NCBI RefSeq assembly: GCF_009914755.1
Contig: NC_060925.1
Source: the human T2T-CHM13v2.0 reference genome, Homo sapiens
Reading direction: 5' to 3' (one strand)
DNA length: 64,000 nt
The notes under the pieces were generated by a model. That model saw only the letters and a program-made list of their open reading frames with translations, searched no databases and had not been told where the DNA came from. The translations under genes were made by a program, and so were the position numbers. Of this stretch, positions 52,720-64,000 are shown one piece after another. Every line of letters starts with the position of its first letter. Positions within the stretch are counted from its first letter, which is position 1.

Positions 52720-53106
52720 TACATATAAAGACACAAATACATTAAATGCAAATAAATGGAAAAATATATACCTTGTTCCCACAAATCAAAAGAAAACTGG
52801 AGTGTCTATATTATTATTATCAAAGTAGATTTCATGGTAAAGAATAACACCAAGGATAAAGAAGTCATTTCATAAGATAAAGAGGAAAATCTCCAACATT
52901 GCATAGCAGTCCTAAAAACATACACACCTAATAACATAACTACAAAATACCCAAATATATGACACATAAAGCAAAAACTTCTCGGAGAATTACAAAGAGA
53001 AATAGACAAATTCAGAATTATGGTTGAAACTTTATTGCCCCTCTTTCAATAACTGATTTAATAAGTACACAGAAAATCAGCAACAATATGAAGAATTTGA
53101 ACAACA
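52720..53106 (+). mobile_element. L1M ORF2 5' (endonuclease-region) fragment
   Basis: aaatggaaaaatatatacc..aaagtagatttca..cacctaataacataact..aaagagaaatagacaaattca..gaaaatcagcaac..ttgaacaaca. Confidence 0.85.
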
Positions 53107-53569
53107 GGAGAGCCAGGTAGCAAGTTTGGAGAACTACTACTTAGTCTTGCGGATCTTAGGCCCAAATCACTTGCTTGTTGGCTTTTTCAAGTAAAGAGCC
53201 TTTGTTTCTATTGCCAGGATACAGTGCTCATATTTGATGTGTGTGTTGGTTAATGTCCTGGGTGCACTTCCCTGAAATCATAACCTGGCCAGTGTCATTT
53301 TCCATGAAACTCTAGGCCTCTACAGCCCTAGACTCCTGGGTCCCCTTGTCTTCTTCCTAACTGGAAAAATGTTAAACAACATCGCTACACTTACCCTTCT
53401 TTCTTCTTCTCTTGTCCTTCAGCAGGAGCTTTTGGGGCACCAAAAGCCAAGTTTCTCATAACTAACTTTTTTTAGTGGTATGTTATAAAGATCTTTCCAG
53501 TTGATGCAAAAAAGTTCAGTGAACTTTTTTATTAGAGCCTATTTTCTCTCTTGGTTATCTTCCATAATT

Positions 53570-53745
53570 ATAATAACAATAATCACGAACCCTTATAGAG
53601 CACTTACCATTTACTGTGTGCCAGGCAGAGTTTTAACATGCTTTACATTTGATTTTCACAATAACCTGTGAGGTAGGTAATATTATTATCTCATTTTACA
53701 GGTTAAGAAACTGAGTCATAGTGAGGTCAAGTAATTTGCCCAAGA
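53570..53745 (-). mobile_element. MIR SINE
   Basis: cacaataacctgtgaggtaggtaatattattatctcattttacaggttaagaaactgag. Confidence 0.85.
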
Positions 53746-54199
53746 AATAACAGAGAACAGCACCCAACCTAACAGTATGGCCTCCAGGGGGTATTTGACC
53801 CACATGTTATATGTGCCCTAAAAAATAGATTCCATAAAAGGGCATACCTTTTTCTTTCTGAAATTTTAAAATAATTATTTGAAAAATGCTTGAACAAGTA
53901 AGCTTTAAATAGTTTAATTCTGTGGCTTCTGCTGAAGTTTAAGGACTGCAAAAGACTGCCTCTTCCTCCAGCTAGTCCTTTAGACAGATTTAAATTATAA
54001 TCAATGAAACATATTGATGCTTTGTTTCCTTTAGTCAAAAGGATAATTTAGCTGTCACAGAAATGAGGAAAAATGATCATATTAGAGAAAAAGATTGAGT
54101 GATCTCTGTACTTTCATGAGAATGTTTTTCTTCTGCCACCTGGGAGAGGATAGTCCTTCCTTTGCAACTGGTTGCAAAATCTCAAGAAGTCAAGCATAG

Positions 54200-54331
54200 T
54201 AGCGTAGCTGCTTATAAAACTGTCCAAATTTCACAGAGCATGGCTGTGGCTTATAGAACTGCTCATATTTCACGTAGCATAGCTGTGGCTTATAGAATTG
54301 CCCACATTTCACATAGCATGGCTGTGGCTTA
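54200..54331. repeat. 39-bp minisatellite, ~3.4 copies
   Basis: Units start at 54210, 54249 and 54288 (gcttatagaactgcccanatttcacatagcatggctgtg). Confidence 0.92.
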
Positions 54332-55484
54332 GTCTTAAAAAGAAAAAGAGAAGAAAGAAAAGACTGGTGATCAATCAGAGGAAAAACTCCTCCCTTTCCT
54401 ACCTGCTTCCTAGGTCTATGCTTCCCCAAGGAAAGGGCCTGAGGGCAGGACCTGAGCTCCCGTGAGGCACTACATGGCAAAATAAAGCCAAGGTGGACAG
54501 AGAACCTTGTGTTGGAAAAGCGTCAAGGAGGAAAAAAAAGTGAAACTGCACCAGGTCACCTTACTGCAGTCCCCCCATCAAAGGTCCCAAGAGGGAAAGC
54601 TGCCTACAACCTGGATTTGGCAGGTACTAGTGCTTGGAATTAAATTCATTCCTGTAGGGATGGGGCAGCCAGGGAGCAAGAAAGGGTTGGAATGCTTATG
54701 AGGGATTAAAATAAAAAATATTAAAATATTAAACTTCAAATAAAAAATAAAATCAAAAATGAATTAAGAAACTGCCCTGCCAACAACTTTGTCTTATAAC
54801 ATCAATAAGGATAAATTAAAGGGGAAAAGAGGGTAATAATGATCTGATTCACGCCTTCTGCAAAGTCCTTGACGACGCTGTAGAACTGGAAGGATGGCAA
54901 TCCACCCTTTCATCTGGTTTAATGTGGTGGCAGCACAGTATTTTTTCATTGCCATGAACCACGCAACGGTCGACCTGTAACCACCCTGCTCCCCAGCAGG
55001 CTCACACACCTTCTGAGAGTTGTCCTTCTGTGTCTGCCAAGCCCTGATGATAAGGTGTGTTCCTCCACATTAGTCATAGAGGAGACTTATGGGGAAGGTA
55101 GAAAAATCACTTTCAGATCAACGTCAAAACCAACGCTTGCTGTGCAGGTCTCTGCAAATGCCCATATTCAATCTCTACCACTCATTCCTTTGTTATTGTT
55201 AACAATTATATAAGTTTATTATTAAAAATTCAAACAAGTACACTAAACAGCATCTCATATCCAGTGATGGCACTTTGGTTAGCCTCCTTCCAGGCACCTC
55301 TTTCCCCATCCAGAGAGTCAAGTATACATTTATTCCCTTTATGGAAATGCTTTTTCTCTACAGTCTACAACCATGTTTTGTTCATTCAGCAATTGTAATG
55401 TGCCACATGCCAGCAATATTATTCACAGTCAAATGATGCAAACAGCCAAAAGAAATTTGTAACCTAATATTTTTCAGCTGTCTT

Positions 55485-55582
55485 TTTATACATATATATC
55501 TAATGAACACATTGTAATTGTACGTATTAATGAGGTACAAACTGATGTTTTGATACATATCTACGTTGTATGATGACCCAAT
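55485..55582 (-). mobile_element. Short L1MA 3' end
   Basis: taattgtacgtattaatgaggtacaaactgatgttttgatacatat. Confidence 0.6.
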
Positions 55583-55734
55583 CTGCTGTGTTCTTATAGT
55601 GGCAGGTATGTCGAAGACCTGAATGAAGACCGTACATGACTTACCTCCTCAGAAGAGGAAAGCAGTGCGCATTTCTACCAAGGGCAGCTTCATGTAGAGG
55701 GTTTAGAGGAGGGAAGTACCCATTCAGAACAATT

Positions 55735-55900
55735 ACTGCCAGGCACTTTGCATTTGTTATCTCACTAAATTATCTGAACAATTGGAAAAGCCAGGTTTCA
55801 TCACACAGAAAGAAGGAAACAGAAGCCAAGGAAATTACGTAGCTATATCCCAAAGCTAATTTGCAGAGGGTCAGGATTGTAACCCAGGTCTCTCTGGCCT
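55735..55900 (-). mobile_element. MIR SINE
   Basis: tgccaggcactttgc..ttatctcac..ggaaacagaagcc..caggattgtaacccaggtctctctggcctc. Confidence 0.65.
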
Positions 55901-56544
55901 CAGGGGCTATGAATGCTCCCACAGCAGGTGTGCACACGCCCAGCACCCAGCCCTCCATCCATGCTCAGTGTGAGAAGCAGAACGTCACACACCATAGGTG
56001 AGTTCATGGACTGCAGTGTCACTTGTGTTTCTTGCAACATGATCTGGGCCTGGTTATTTCTCCATTCTCTGATGGTTCCATGCATATGTGCCAGAAAGCT
56101 GAAAAAAACATGCTCTCTGACTAGCAGGCTCACCCTACCTAGAACAGATGGACCAACATGTGGAAGGCAAGTATGGGGGAGGAAGGGAGAGGAAACAGGA
56201 AAAACAGAAATGGGGCCAAGCCACAAGTGGAATACATTTTTCATTATTACCTGATTTTGACCGAGGGTAGATGCATTAGAAACCATCCTAAATTGTTCAT
56301 ACAGTGTTTACCTGAAAAGAACATACACTTAACTTCAAAGGGAAATAGGTTTAGAATTGCAGTCAGCAAGTCCCATTTGAGGCTCTGTTCTTTGAGACAG
56401 CTGCTGTCTGGGGCTCTTGTCTGGCCCCTGCTGGGGCCTCAATTTCACAGCTTCTCAGGGAAGTCGGCTTGGAGTGACAATGGTGAGACAATGGCTATGA
56501 CAGTTTCATCACCATCCTCATAATCATGCCTCTTATAAGAGCTT

Positions 56545-56890
56545 ATAAGATGTTTTCACATATATGACATCACCTGATCTTTATAATCATCTCTGACTTA
56601 TCTCCTCAGAAGAGGAAAGCAGTGGTCATTCCTACCAAGATAGAAATGACCTGATCTTTATAATAATCTCTGACTTATCTCCTCAGAAGAGTAAAGCAGT
56701 GGGCATTCATACCAAGATAGAAATTATTATTATTAGGCAATAATATGACACATTTAATAGCGTGATGTAATAATTACTACATCAGTCTTATCCAAGAAGA
56801 AACCAGTGTTTGGCAAAGTGATACAACTTAGCTGTGTTCACACGGTTAGTCGGTGTCAAAGCCGGGACTCTAGTCAGATCTGCTCCCTGG
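56545..56890 (-). mobile_element. MIR interrupted by a templated insertion and 77-bp tandem duplication (56572-56724)
   Basis: MIR breaks after gatctttataatcatctctg and resumes near 56763 (attactacatc..gaagaaacc..tcacacggttagt..gccgggactc). Confidence 0.7.
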
Positions 56891-57199
56891 TCTGGCACAT
56901 TTTTGCTGTAGTATATCATGACAAGGTAAAATGACAGACTTCCTAGGTTCACTACAAGACTTGTATTTTATCATTCAGGGAGTATCAGAGATTGAGAAGT
57001 ATGGTGACTCATGATCCTTTTATTTGTAACTAGCGCTGTCTGTTCATGCTAATTTTTCTCTTTGTACATGTGGCATTAAAGGCTAATGCATGATCAGCAA
57101 ATCTTTACAGACTAGGTATGTGTCATTTGGACTATGATGACAAAGTGTGTCTCGAGTGATACATTTCCATCTGAAATGACCTTTCATGCATTAAGGGTA

Positions 57200-57740
57200 G
57201 TGACTGAGAGTTTTGGAGGCAGGACCCTCCAGAGCAGGAATGGAAGCCCTTGAACTTGTCAAGTTACTTCACTAATGGAAGCCTTGATTTTTTTAATCTT
57301 TAAAATGGGGATAGCAATGTCTACCTTGTAGGGACATCATGAGTATTAATGAGATAATGCAGATAAAGTTCTTGGTCCCAGCAAGATCCTCCATGAATGG
57401 CATCTCTTATCCTTATTCCGGAGTTCTTTCCCATTATATTTAAGCTTCTAGTATTGACATCTTCTTCCTTATCAAAAGTTGCTCAACATACAGAACCTAG
57501 AAGGAAAAGACTCTTTCCAAATAGCAGATGGCCAACCATTGCTTTAAATTGTTCAGTTGTGGAGCTGACTTTAGAATCAGATCTGAGTTCAAATTTCAGC
57601 TGTACCAGGTGCCCTGGGAAAGTCATCTTCCCTATCCCAACTTCAGTTCCCTCATCTGCAAAATGGGGATCATGATGTCTATTGCACAGTGCTGTTGTGA
57701 GAATGACATGGAAGTGCCTGACCCAGAGGCAAAGCTAGAC
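57200..57740 (+). mobile_element. Two MIR fragments (~57200-57380, ~57560-57740)
   Basis: aatctttaaaatggggatagcaatgtctacc; ctttagaatcagatctgagttcaaatt..cagttccctcatctgcaaaatggggat. Confidence 0.75.
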
Positions 57741-58869
57741 AAATGCTACTGCTGTTCTGGATGTTGCTGGTTTCAGAGGCCGAGCCTGTGTGAGGAGATG
57801 GCCCAGTGTGGGGCTGTAGAGCCTGGGGCTGCTGGCATTTTGGTGGGGGTTGCCCTGTTTGCTATCCATCTCTGATCGCTGCAGGGGCCTCTTCCTGCTG
57901 TTCCTTTCTGCTTGGCTGTGCTGTTCTTTAGAGTCCCCTGGGGGAAGACAAAGGTGAATAGAGCTGTTTAGTTTGGAAAAAAAGCATCTCAAGGGCAACC
58001 TAGTCATGGATTCCACCAAGGACTCTTATGAAGAGGAGCTGTCCATTTGCTCTCTATCTCCAGGGAGGACAAGAAATGGGGATGAGAAAATGAGTTGCAG
58101 GAAGAGGGGGCTCCAATGGAAGGAAGAGCATCTTGCCTAGAAGGTAAATTGGTCCTAGGAGGGCAGCAACCAAGACTGCTGGGGAAGCCATCTCTGGAAA
58201 TTCTTAAATGTAGGCATGACCAACACACAGCCTGGATCTCTTAGGTGGTAATCTGCTGCAAAAAAGGAACTGAGACCAAAGTAAATAATTCCATGGGTGT
58301 TTATAGAAGAGACTCTCAAAGATGTTCTGCACATTGGTATATGCACATGACATAAATTAAACCTGGGTTAATACACAGAGAAGTATGTGTGGTCAAGAAC
58401 GTGTGCACACACACCTTTCTCTTTATGCTTTGGGTTCAAGGGAGCTCAAGAGAACAATATCAGGTACAGAAGCTATTGGCAGGCACATGTGAAGTCTCTT
58501 AAGCTAACAAGGTGGGAAAAACAGAGAACTGGAAGACTTGGCTAGGAGCGGTTCAAAGGGGGAATTAGACCATTGTGTGAGTTCTTGTTGTGGAAATCAA
58601 GGACCACCAGAATTTAGCCCTGGAATGGGAGCTGTGCCATTGAGCAAGTTCTTAGACATTAGCAAGGCAGCACACAATATACTTTCACTCTTTATGAGAG
58701 CCTCAGTGATATCCTGTACAGGTGAGGAAATTGAGTCTTCACCTAGTGAGCCCTTGGTTTCCAGCTCGAGTGTTTGAATGTGTCACTCCTTTTTCGTGTG
58801 GCTGACTTCCTCTTAAAGCCCAGGTATATGCTTAAAGTTCCCTTGCTCAGATTGGCTCTCTGCCACGGG

Positions 58870-59046
58870 GCCTGCTCTCTTTAAGCTCTCCATGAGACTC
58901 ATTGCTCTAAAGTGTCTCATTTGTTTACCTATTTATTTTCTACCGCCTAGAATGTGAGCCACATGGGGCAGGGATCCTATTATCTTTATTTTTATATTCC
59001 TTCTTTATGACAGCGTACAGAAGTGCTGAATACATGCTTGTTGAAC
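58870..59046 (+). mobile_element. L2 3' terminus
   Basis: ctagaatgtgagccacatggggcaggga..agtgctgaatacatgcttgttgaa. Confidence 0.7.
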
Positions 59047-59069
59047 AAAAGATTAAACTCACTTTCCCA

Positions 59070-59568
59070 ATAAATTGTTCTACTAAAGAGACACACGCAT
59101 CCATATGTTCATTGCAGCACTATTCACAATAGCAAAGACGAATAGCAAGTGCCCATCAGTGTTGGATTGCATAAAGAAATCGTGGAATAGTACCATGGAA
59201 TAGTACATAGCCATAAAAAGAATAAAATCATGTCCTTTGCAGCAACATGGATACAGCTGGAGGCCATTAACCTAAGCGAATTAATGCAGACATAGAAAAC
59301 CAAATACCACATGTTCTCACTTATAAGTGGGAGCTAAACATTGGGTACACGTGGATATAAAGATGGCAACAATAGATACTGGGGACTCCTAGAGGGGAGA
59401 GAAGGAGGGTGTCAAGGGTGAAAAACCTACCTATCTGGTATTATGCTCACTACCTATGTGAGGGGTTCAATTGTACTTCACACCTCAGCGTCAAGTAATA
59501 TACTTTCCTAACAACCTGTACATGTACCCCCTGAATCTAAAATAAAATTTGAAAAAAATAAAATGAAA
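59070..59568 (+). mobile_element. L1PA15/16-like 3' end, 5'-truncated
   Basis: atgttcattgcagcactattcacaatagcaaagac..catgttctcacttataagtgggagctaaacatt..aatctaaaataaaa; TSD taaact(c/g)actttccca (59054-59069 / 59569-59584). Confidence 0.93.
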
Positions 59569-60766
59569 TAAACTGACTTTCCCACAATCCACCTTTGACT
59601 CCCAAGCCCAGCACCCTTCCAACTTGTTTCCTGCTTCCAGAAGACATCAAACTGGGCAGCGTAAATCTGAGACGCACGGAGTCAAGCCTGCAGCCAGGTC
59701 TAGAGCTAGGCACTGCCTGATTCTCCCCTCTGCTCTGTTCCTTTAGAAGCTCTTTTTCCAGCATTTGCCTTGAAAAGTCATTCCCAGAGTATTTTTATTT
59801 TTAATGGAGCAGGCTGCCAATAGAACTTTATTTATGGGTTTATATTTTAAGATTGTTGAGGATTTGCTTGCCTTGGGATATTTGGGTGGATCTGGCCCCA
59901 AGCAAGCTGAGCCTCAGCACCTCCCTGTGGACTAAGCGAGCACTTCCCTGAGGTCTGGCAAATGCCCTAGGGCTGCCTTCTCTTCTTTAGAGGACTGGGT
60001 AGGAGCCCAGGGCCTCAGACCAACCCATTCATTCCCACTACGAAAACAGTACTCCCACTGGGGCCAGCACTGGATGCCAGAGAGGAGGCCCTTCCTCTCC
60101 CTTCCCACACTCCTGGCTGTGGTGTGTGAACCTGGTCTTCTAAGAACAGAAATAACATCCTGTGTTTGCTCCCACTTGGCAGCCAGGCGGGTCCGGCGGG
60201 CCACTTGGCGGTCAGCCTGAGGAAGGAAGTCTCCAGGTATTGGTGAGAAAGTTGGAGGCAGGTTGCTGCCTAGAGAAAGTGCCATTTGCCATTTGTCAGG
60301 GTCACAGGGAAGAGGCAGCTCCAGGGGGGATCTCTGACCCTTCCCAAGCAGTGAAAGTTGGGAAGTGTCTCCCCCGCAGCTGTGGCTTCCAGCAGAGACC
60401 GGAGACTAGAACCAGCAGCACTTACAGAGATTTATAGCCCATGGAAGAAGGCTTCTCAGCTCACATGTTTACTTCAGAGAACTCTGTGGAGGCATCAAGG
60501 GCCAGGGTCAACATACACCACTGCAGCTTTGTCTTTCAAATGTTTCGGGCCGCATTATGTGTTTGGAAGACAGCAATGGGGTGAGTGGGGAGTGGGGAAG
60601 GCAACAGGCATTACTGAAAATTCACAAACATACACGATTTGGGCATGTCTAGGTAGTGTATAGTTAATGATGTTGTTCCCTTTTGTTCCTTACAACTTAG
60701 AGGAAAAAAGAAACATTTCCAGTTCTCCTATGTCAAAGGAAGCCCTGTTGCCAGGCCCTTCTTTTG

Positions 60767-60767
60767 A

Positions 60768-60795
<28 letters not shown>
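60767..60795. repeat. A29 homopolymer
   Basis: Direct read of the sequence. Confidence 0.95.
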
Positions 60796-60798
<3 letters not shown>

Positions 60799-61902
60799 TG
60801 CAAATTGAGAGTTCCCAGGAGATTGGAGTTAATCCCCCAGAGCTAACCAAGGGAGAGTTGTAACCTTGAACATTGCACCATTGTCAGGGTTGTTTGGGGT
60901 GCTCTGCTTGAATGACTAAAGGAGACCCCCTCTCCCACCCAATCCCCTTCCATGCCCAGGCTTGGCTGGCAGCTTTTCCCTCTCCTGTGTCACCTCCTTC
61001 TGTTCCTCTGATTCCTCCCCCTCACACTACTCTTGGCTTCCTCCCGGATCAAGTCCCAAAGGACAAGGGGGATGCATAACCAGCTGGGAAGTGAGTGACC
61101 ACTGGTTTAATGGCAACCGGCACCCTTCCCCTCTTCCAAGAGGAAGAGCTGTTTATTTGGTTTTGTGAAATATGCAGAAGCTATGAAAATAAGCACTCTA
61201 TTAATAATAAATGGAATGGAAAATAGAAGCAAACAAGTCAAAGAAAGATGACGTGGAAGGTGAGTCAGTCAATTTTCTTTTAATTGCTCTCACATCAGTA
61301 AAAGTCAAAGGAACAGCAACCTCGAAAGTGTCTTAATCAAATAGAACGCCAGGAAGACTGCAGCAGGGACATCTCTTTGGGAGAAAATGCAGAGCAATCT
61401 GAGTTTAAGTAAGCTAAAACATACTCAGGCTGGCCAAAGGAAATCCAGTTGAAATTACATTATAAAAACAGAGGCCAGCTATTGTAACTTTTTCAAGTAC
61501 CGCCATTTTTGGCACAGCATTGTATTTTTTAGAACTTTATCCATATACACAAATTCAAAAACAAGTATTTTAATCCCCTATGTTCAGCTAGAGTGGCTTC
61601 TTTGCAAACTAAAGGTTAAATTTTGCCAAAGTGATGAGGAGCCAATTGTATAAAGTAAACTATTGTCATGAATGCTGCCTTCCCCCCAAAAAAACCAACC
61701 CATGTGGTCATAGCTCATTACTCTACAGGGAAATGTACCACTAAGAAAGAAGGACATCTGCTTGGCTGCAGGTAACCTGTACAGGACTCCATCCAAAGGG
61801 CTTACTGAAAAGAACAGGGTACCAAAGGGTTTCATTATCAGTGGTCTCACCCCTAAGGCAGATCTGGGCGCTGGAAATAGTTAAACGTATACCATGTTGA
61901 AA

Positions 61903-62395
61903 TGATGGCAGACAGATTCTAGGGTGGTTCTCAGGCTTTCCACACCCTGCTGTTCACCCTCTGTGTACTCCCCTCCCCTTGGTCTAGACCTAGGAAAATA
62001 CATCACCTTCTCTAAGATTCTTTCCTAGCAGACTAGGGAAAGATTCTCCAGCTAACTTTGAAAAAGTCAGCTGTCATGTTTTGAGAAGGCTATGTGGCTG
62101 GGAGCTGAGGGTGGCCTCTAGGAGCTGAGAGCAAGTCCTGGCCAATAGTCAGCAAGAAAGCAGGGACCTCAGTCCTACAACTACAAGGAACCGAACTCTT
62201 CCAACAACCTGAATAAGCTTAGAAGATGAACTGAGCTCCAGATGAGAATACAGCCTGGCCAACACATTGACTTCAGCCTGGAGACACCCAAGTAGAGAAC
62301 CCAGCTATGCTGTGCTCAGACTTCTAACCTATGGAAACTGTGAGAGAGCAGTGAGTGTTATTGTATGGTAATGTGTCATGCAGCGATAGAGAAGG
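61903..62395 (+). mobile_element. MLT1E-type solo LTR (MaLR)
   Basis: ggcctctaggagctgagagc..cagcaagaaagcagggacctcagtcctacaactacaaggaac..gacttctaacctatggaaactgtgag. Confidence 0.88.
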
Positions 62396-62449
62396 AAGGC
62401 AAGATACATCCCGCTGTGTAGGCTGCTCAATCAGCTGGCTCAACAAACC

Positions 62450-62720
62450 CTGCATCAGAGCACTTTTCCAAGCTGCAGCCAGGAGATATTTTCAAAACAG
62501 GAAACACCCCTACTGCCATTCACAGCTGCTTAAACGTCTTGGTGGCTTTCCTTGGCACCTGGGATAAAGACTGGGAAACTCCTCTTGGCCTACACAGTCT
62601 CATATCTCAGCTTCCCTCCCCTTTCCCACCACACTGGCCTCCTCTTAGCGTGTGGTGTCCTCCAAATGCCTCCACCTTTCGGGACTGTTTCCCCTCCTCC
62701 TCCTCACCTGCAATTCCTCC
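62450..62720 (+). mobile_element. L2 fragment
   Basis: ctgcagccaggagatattttcaaaac..ctgcttaaacgtcttggtggctttcc..ccacactggcctcct. Confidence 0.6.
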
Positions 62721-63261
62721 TTTCAAATATGACATCCCCTCCAGCTTTTGACTGCTTTTGTTTGCTCTCCAATGCCTTCCAATAACTATTTTAAAAGGTT
62801 TTCCAAACATTTATCACTGTTGTCTACAAGAAAGGTAGTTTGATACAAGATCCTCCCTTTTCATCTAAATTCATCATACGGTTCTAAAACACTTACATTT
62901 AGCTATTCTCATTTAGTCCTCATAAAACATTACTAAGATGACCAAAATGAGTTAATTCTCTCAAGAGATAATTTACTTTCTCCCTTTCTGTATTCCAGGT
63001 GTTATGCTAGGCAGTGTTAGGTAGGGAACAAATCAGTGGGAAACAAGTCAGGTCCAGTCTCTAGCTTCACAGAGTTTATGATCTAACACAAGAGTCATTC
63101 GTTAAATGAATATAGTGAATTTTAGAGAGACCAAGGGCCTCATGCCAGGGCCCACAGCGGAGTAAGTAGCAGAAGTGAGATTTAACACCAGAGCTCGGGC
63201 TTCTGCATCAGTGCACACAACACAGAGTATTTTTCATGAGGCTACCCCATAAAAGCTAGAC

Positions 63262-63390
63262 CATTCATTCATTCATTTAAAAAATATTCATTGAGTACTT
63301 TTACTCTACCAGGAACTGTTCTAAACACAGAAGATACAAAGAGGGCAAAAATAGAAATTCCTGCCCTCATTCTGCCCACATTCTAAACAG
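63262..63390 (-). mobile_element. L2 3' terminus
   Basis: cattcattcattcatttaaaaaatattcattgagtact..ccaggaactgttcta..cctgccctcat. Confidence 0.75.
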
Positions 63391-63722
63391 TTATTACTTT
63401 CTTAAGTCATATGTAAATAAGACCCTTAGTGTTATTTAGATATTCTTCAAAGACTGAATTTTGTGGAGCATGTGTTTTTTATTCACTATGGAGGCACATA
63501 ACACTATGAGCTTTGCTAAAATAGGTTGATACAAGGAATACAATTACAATAAAATGTTCTTTATGATAAAACCACTATCTGGTGAATGGGCCACAGAAAC
63601 AAGGCTTTGTCAATTTTTTAATGTCTATATTAACAAAACAAATGCAAAAAATAAGACCAAGATGAATATATTTTTATGAGTCCTTATTTACACAATAATC
63701 AGTCTCTTAAAATGACAACTGT

Positions 63723-64000
<278 letters not shown>

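Noticed and set aside
54200-54331. CRISPR-like appearance of the 39-bp and 77-bp repeats
   Set aside because: Head-to-tail tandem units without unique spacers, in eukaryotic DNA with no cas genes.
60170-60220. CTCF-like ccacttggcgg
   Set aside because: Several mismatches at core positions of the CTCF motif.

Overview
This is a primate (human-like) non-coding genomic window, either intergenic or intronic. I cannot identify the locus and find no supportable protein-coding exon, RNA gene or CRISPR array. The supplied ORFs are short and random, or derive from Alu, L1, LTR or simple repeats. A large share of the window is recognisable interspersed repeat: Alu/FLAM/FRAM, L1 of several ages, L2, MIR, MaLR LTRs (THE1A, THE1D, MST, MLT1), ERV1/ERVL solo LTRs and hAT MERs. 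Several are nested and have visible target-site duplications (TSDs). The most unusual structure is at about 16.25-17.46 kb, where an AluJ is split by a ~1.2 kb mosaic. The mosaic is built from short copies of four non-adjacent donor segments lying about 0.8-3 kb downstream, in both orientations. It also contains re-copied pieces of itself, an AT-rich array and perfect fold-back hairpins at its junctions. It looks like an old multi-template-switch repair scar (Pol theta/MMBIR-like). A second, smaller templated insertion interrupts a MIR at about 56.6 kb. Repeat subfamily names come from remembered consensus sequences, not a database search. Boundaries of old repeats are approximate.
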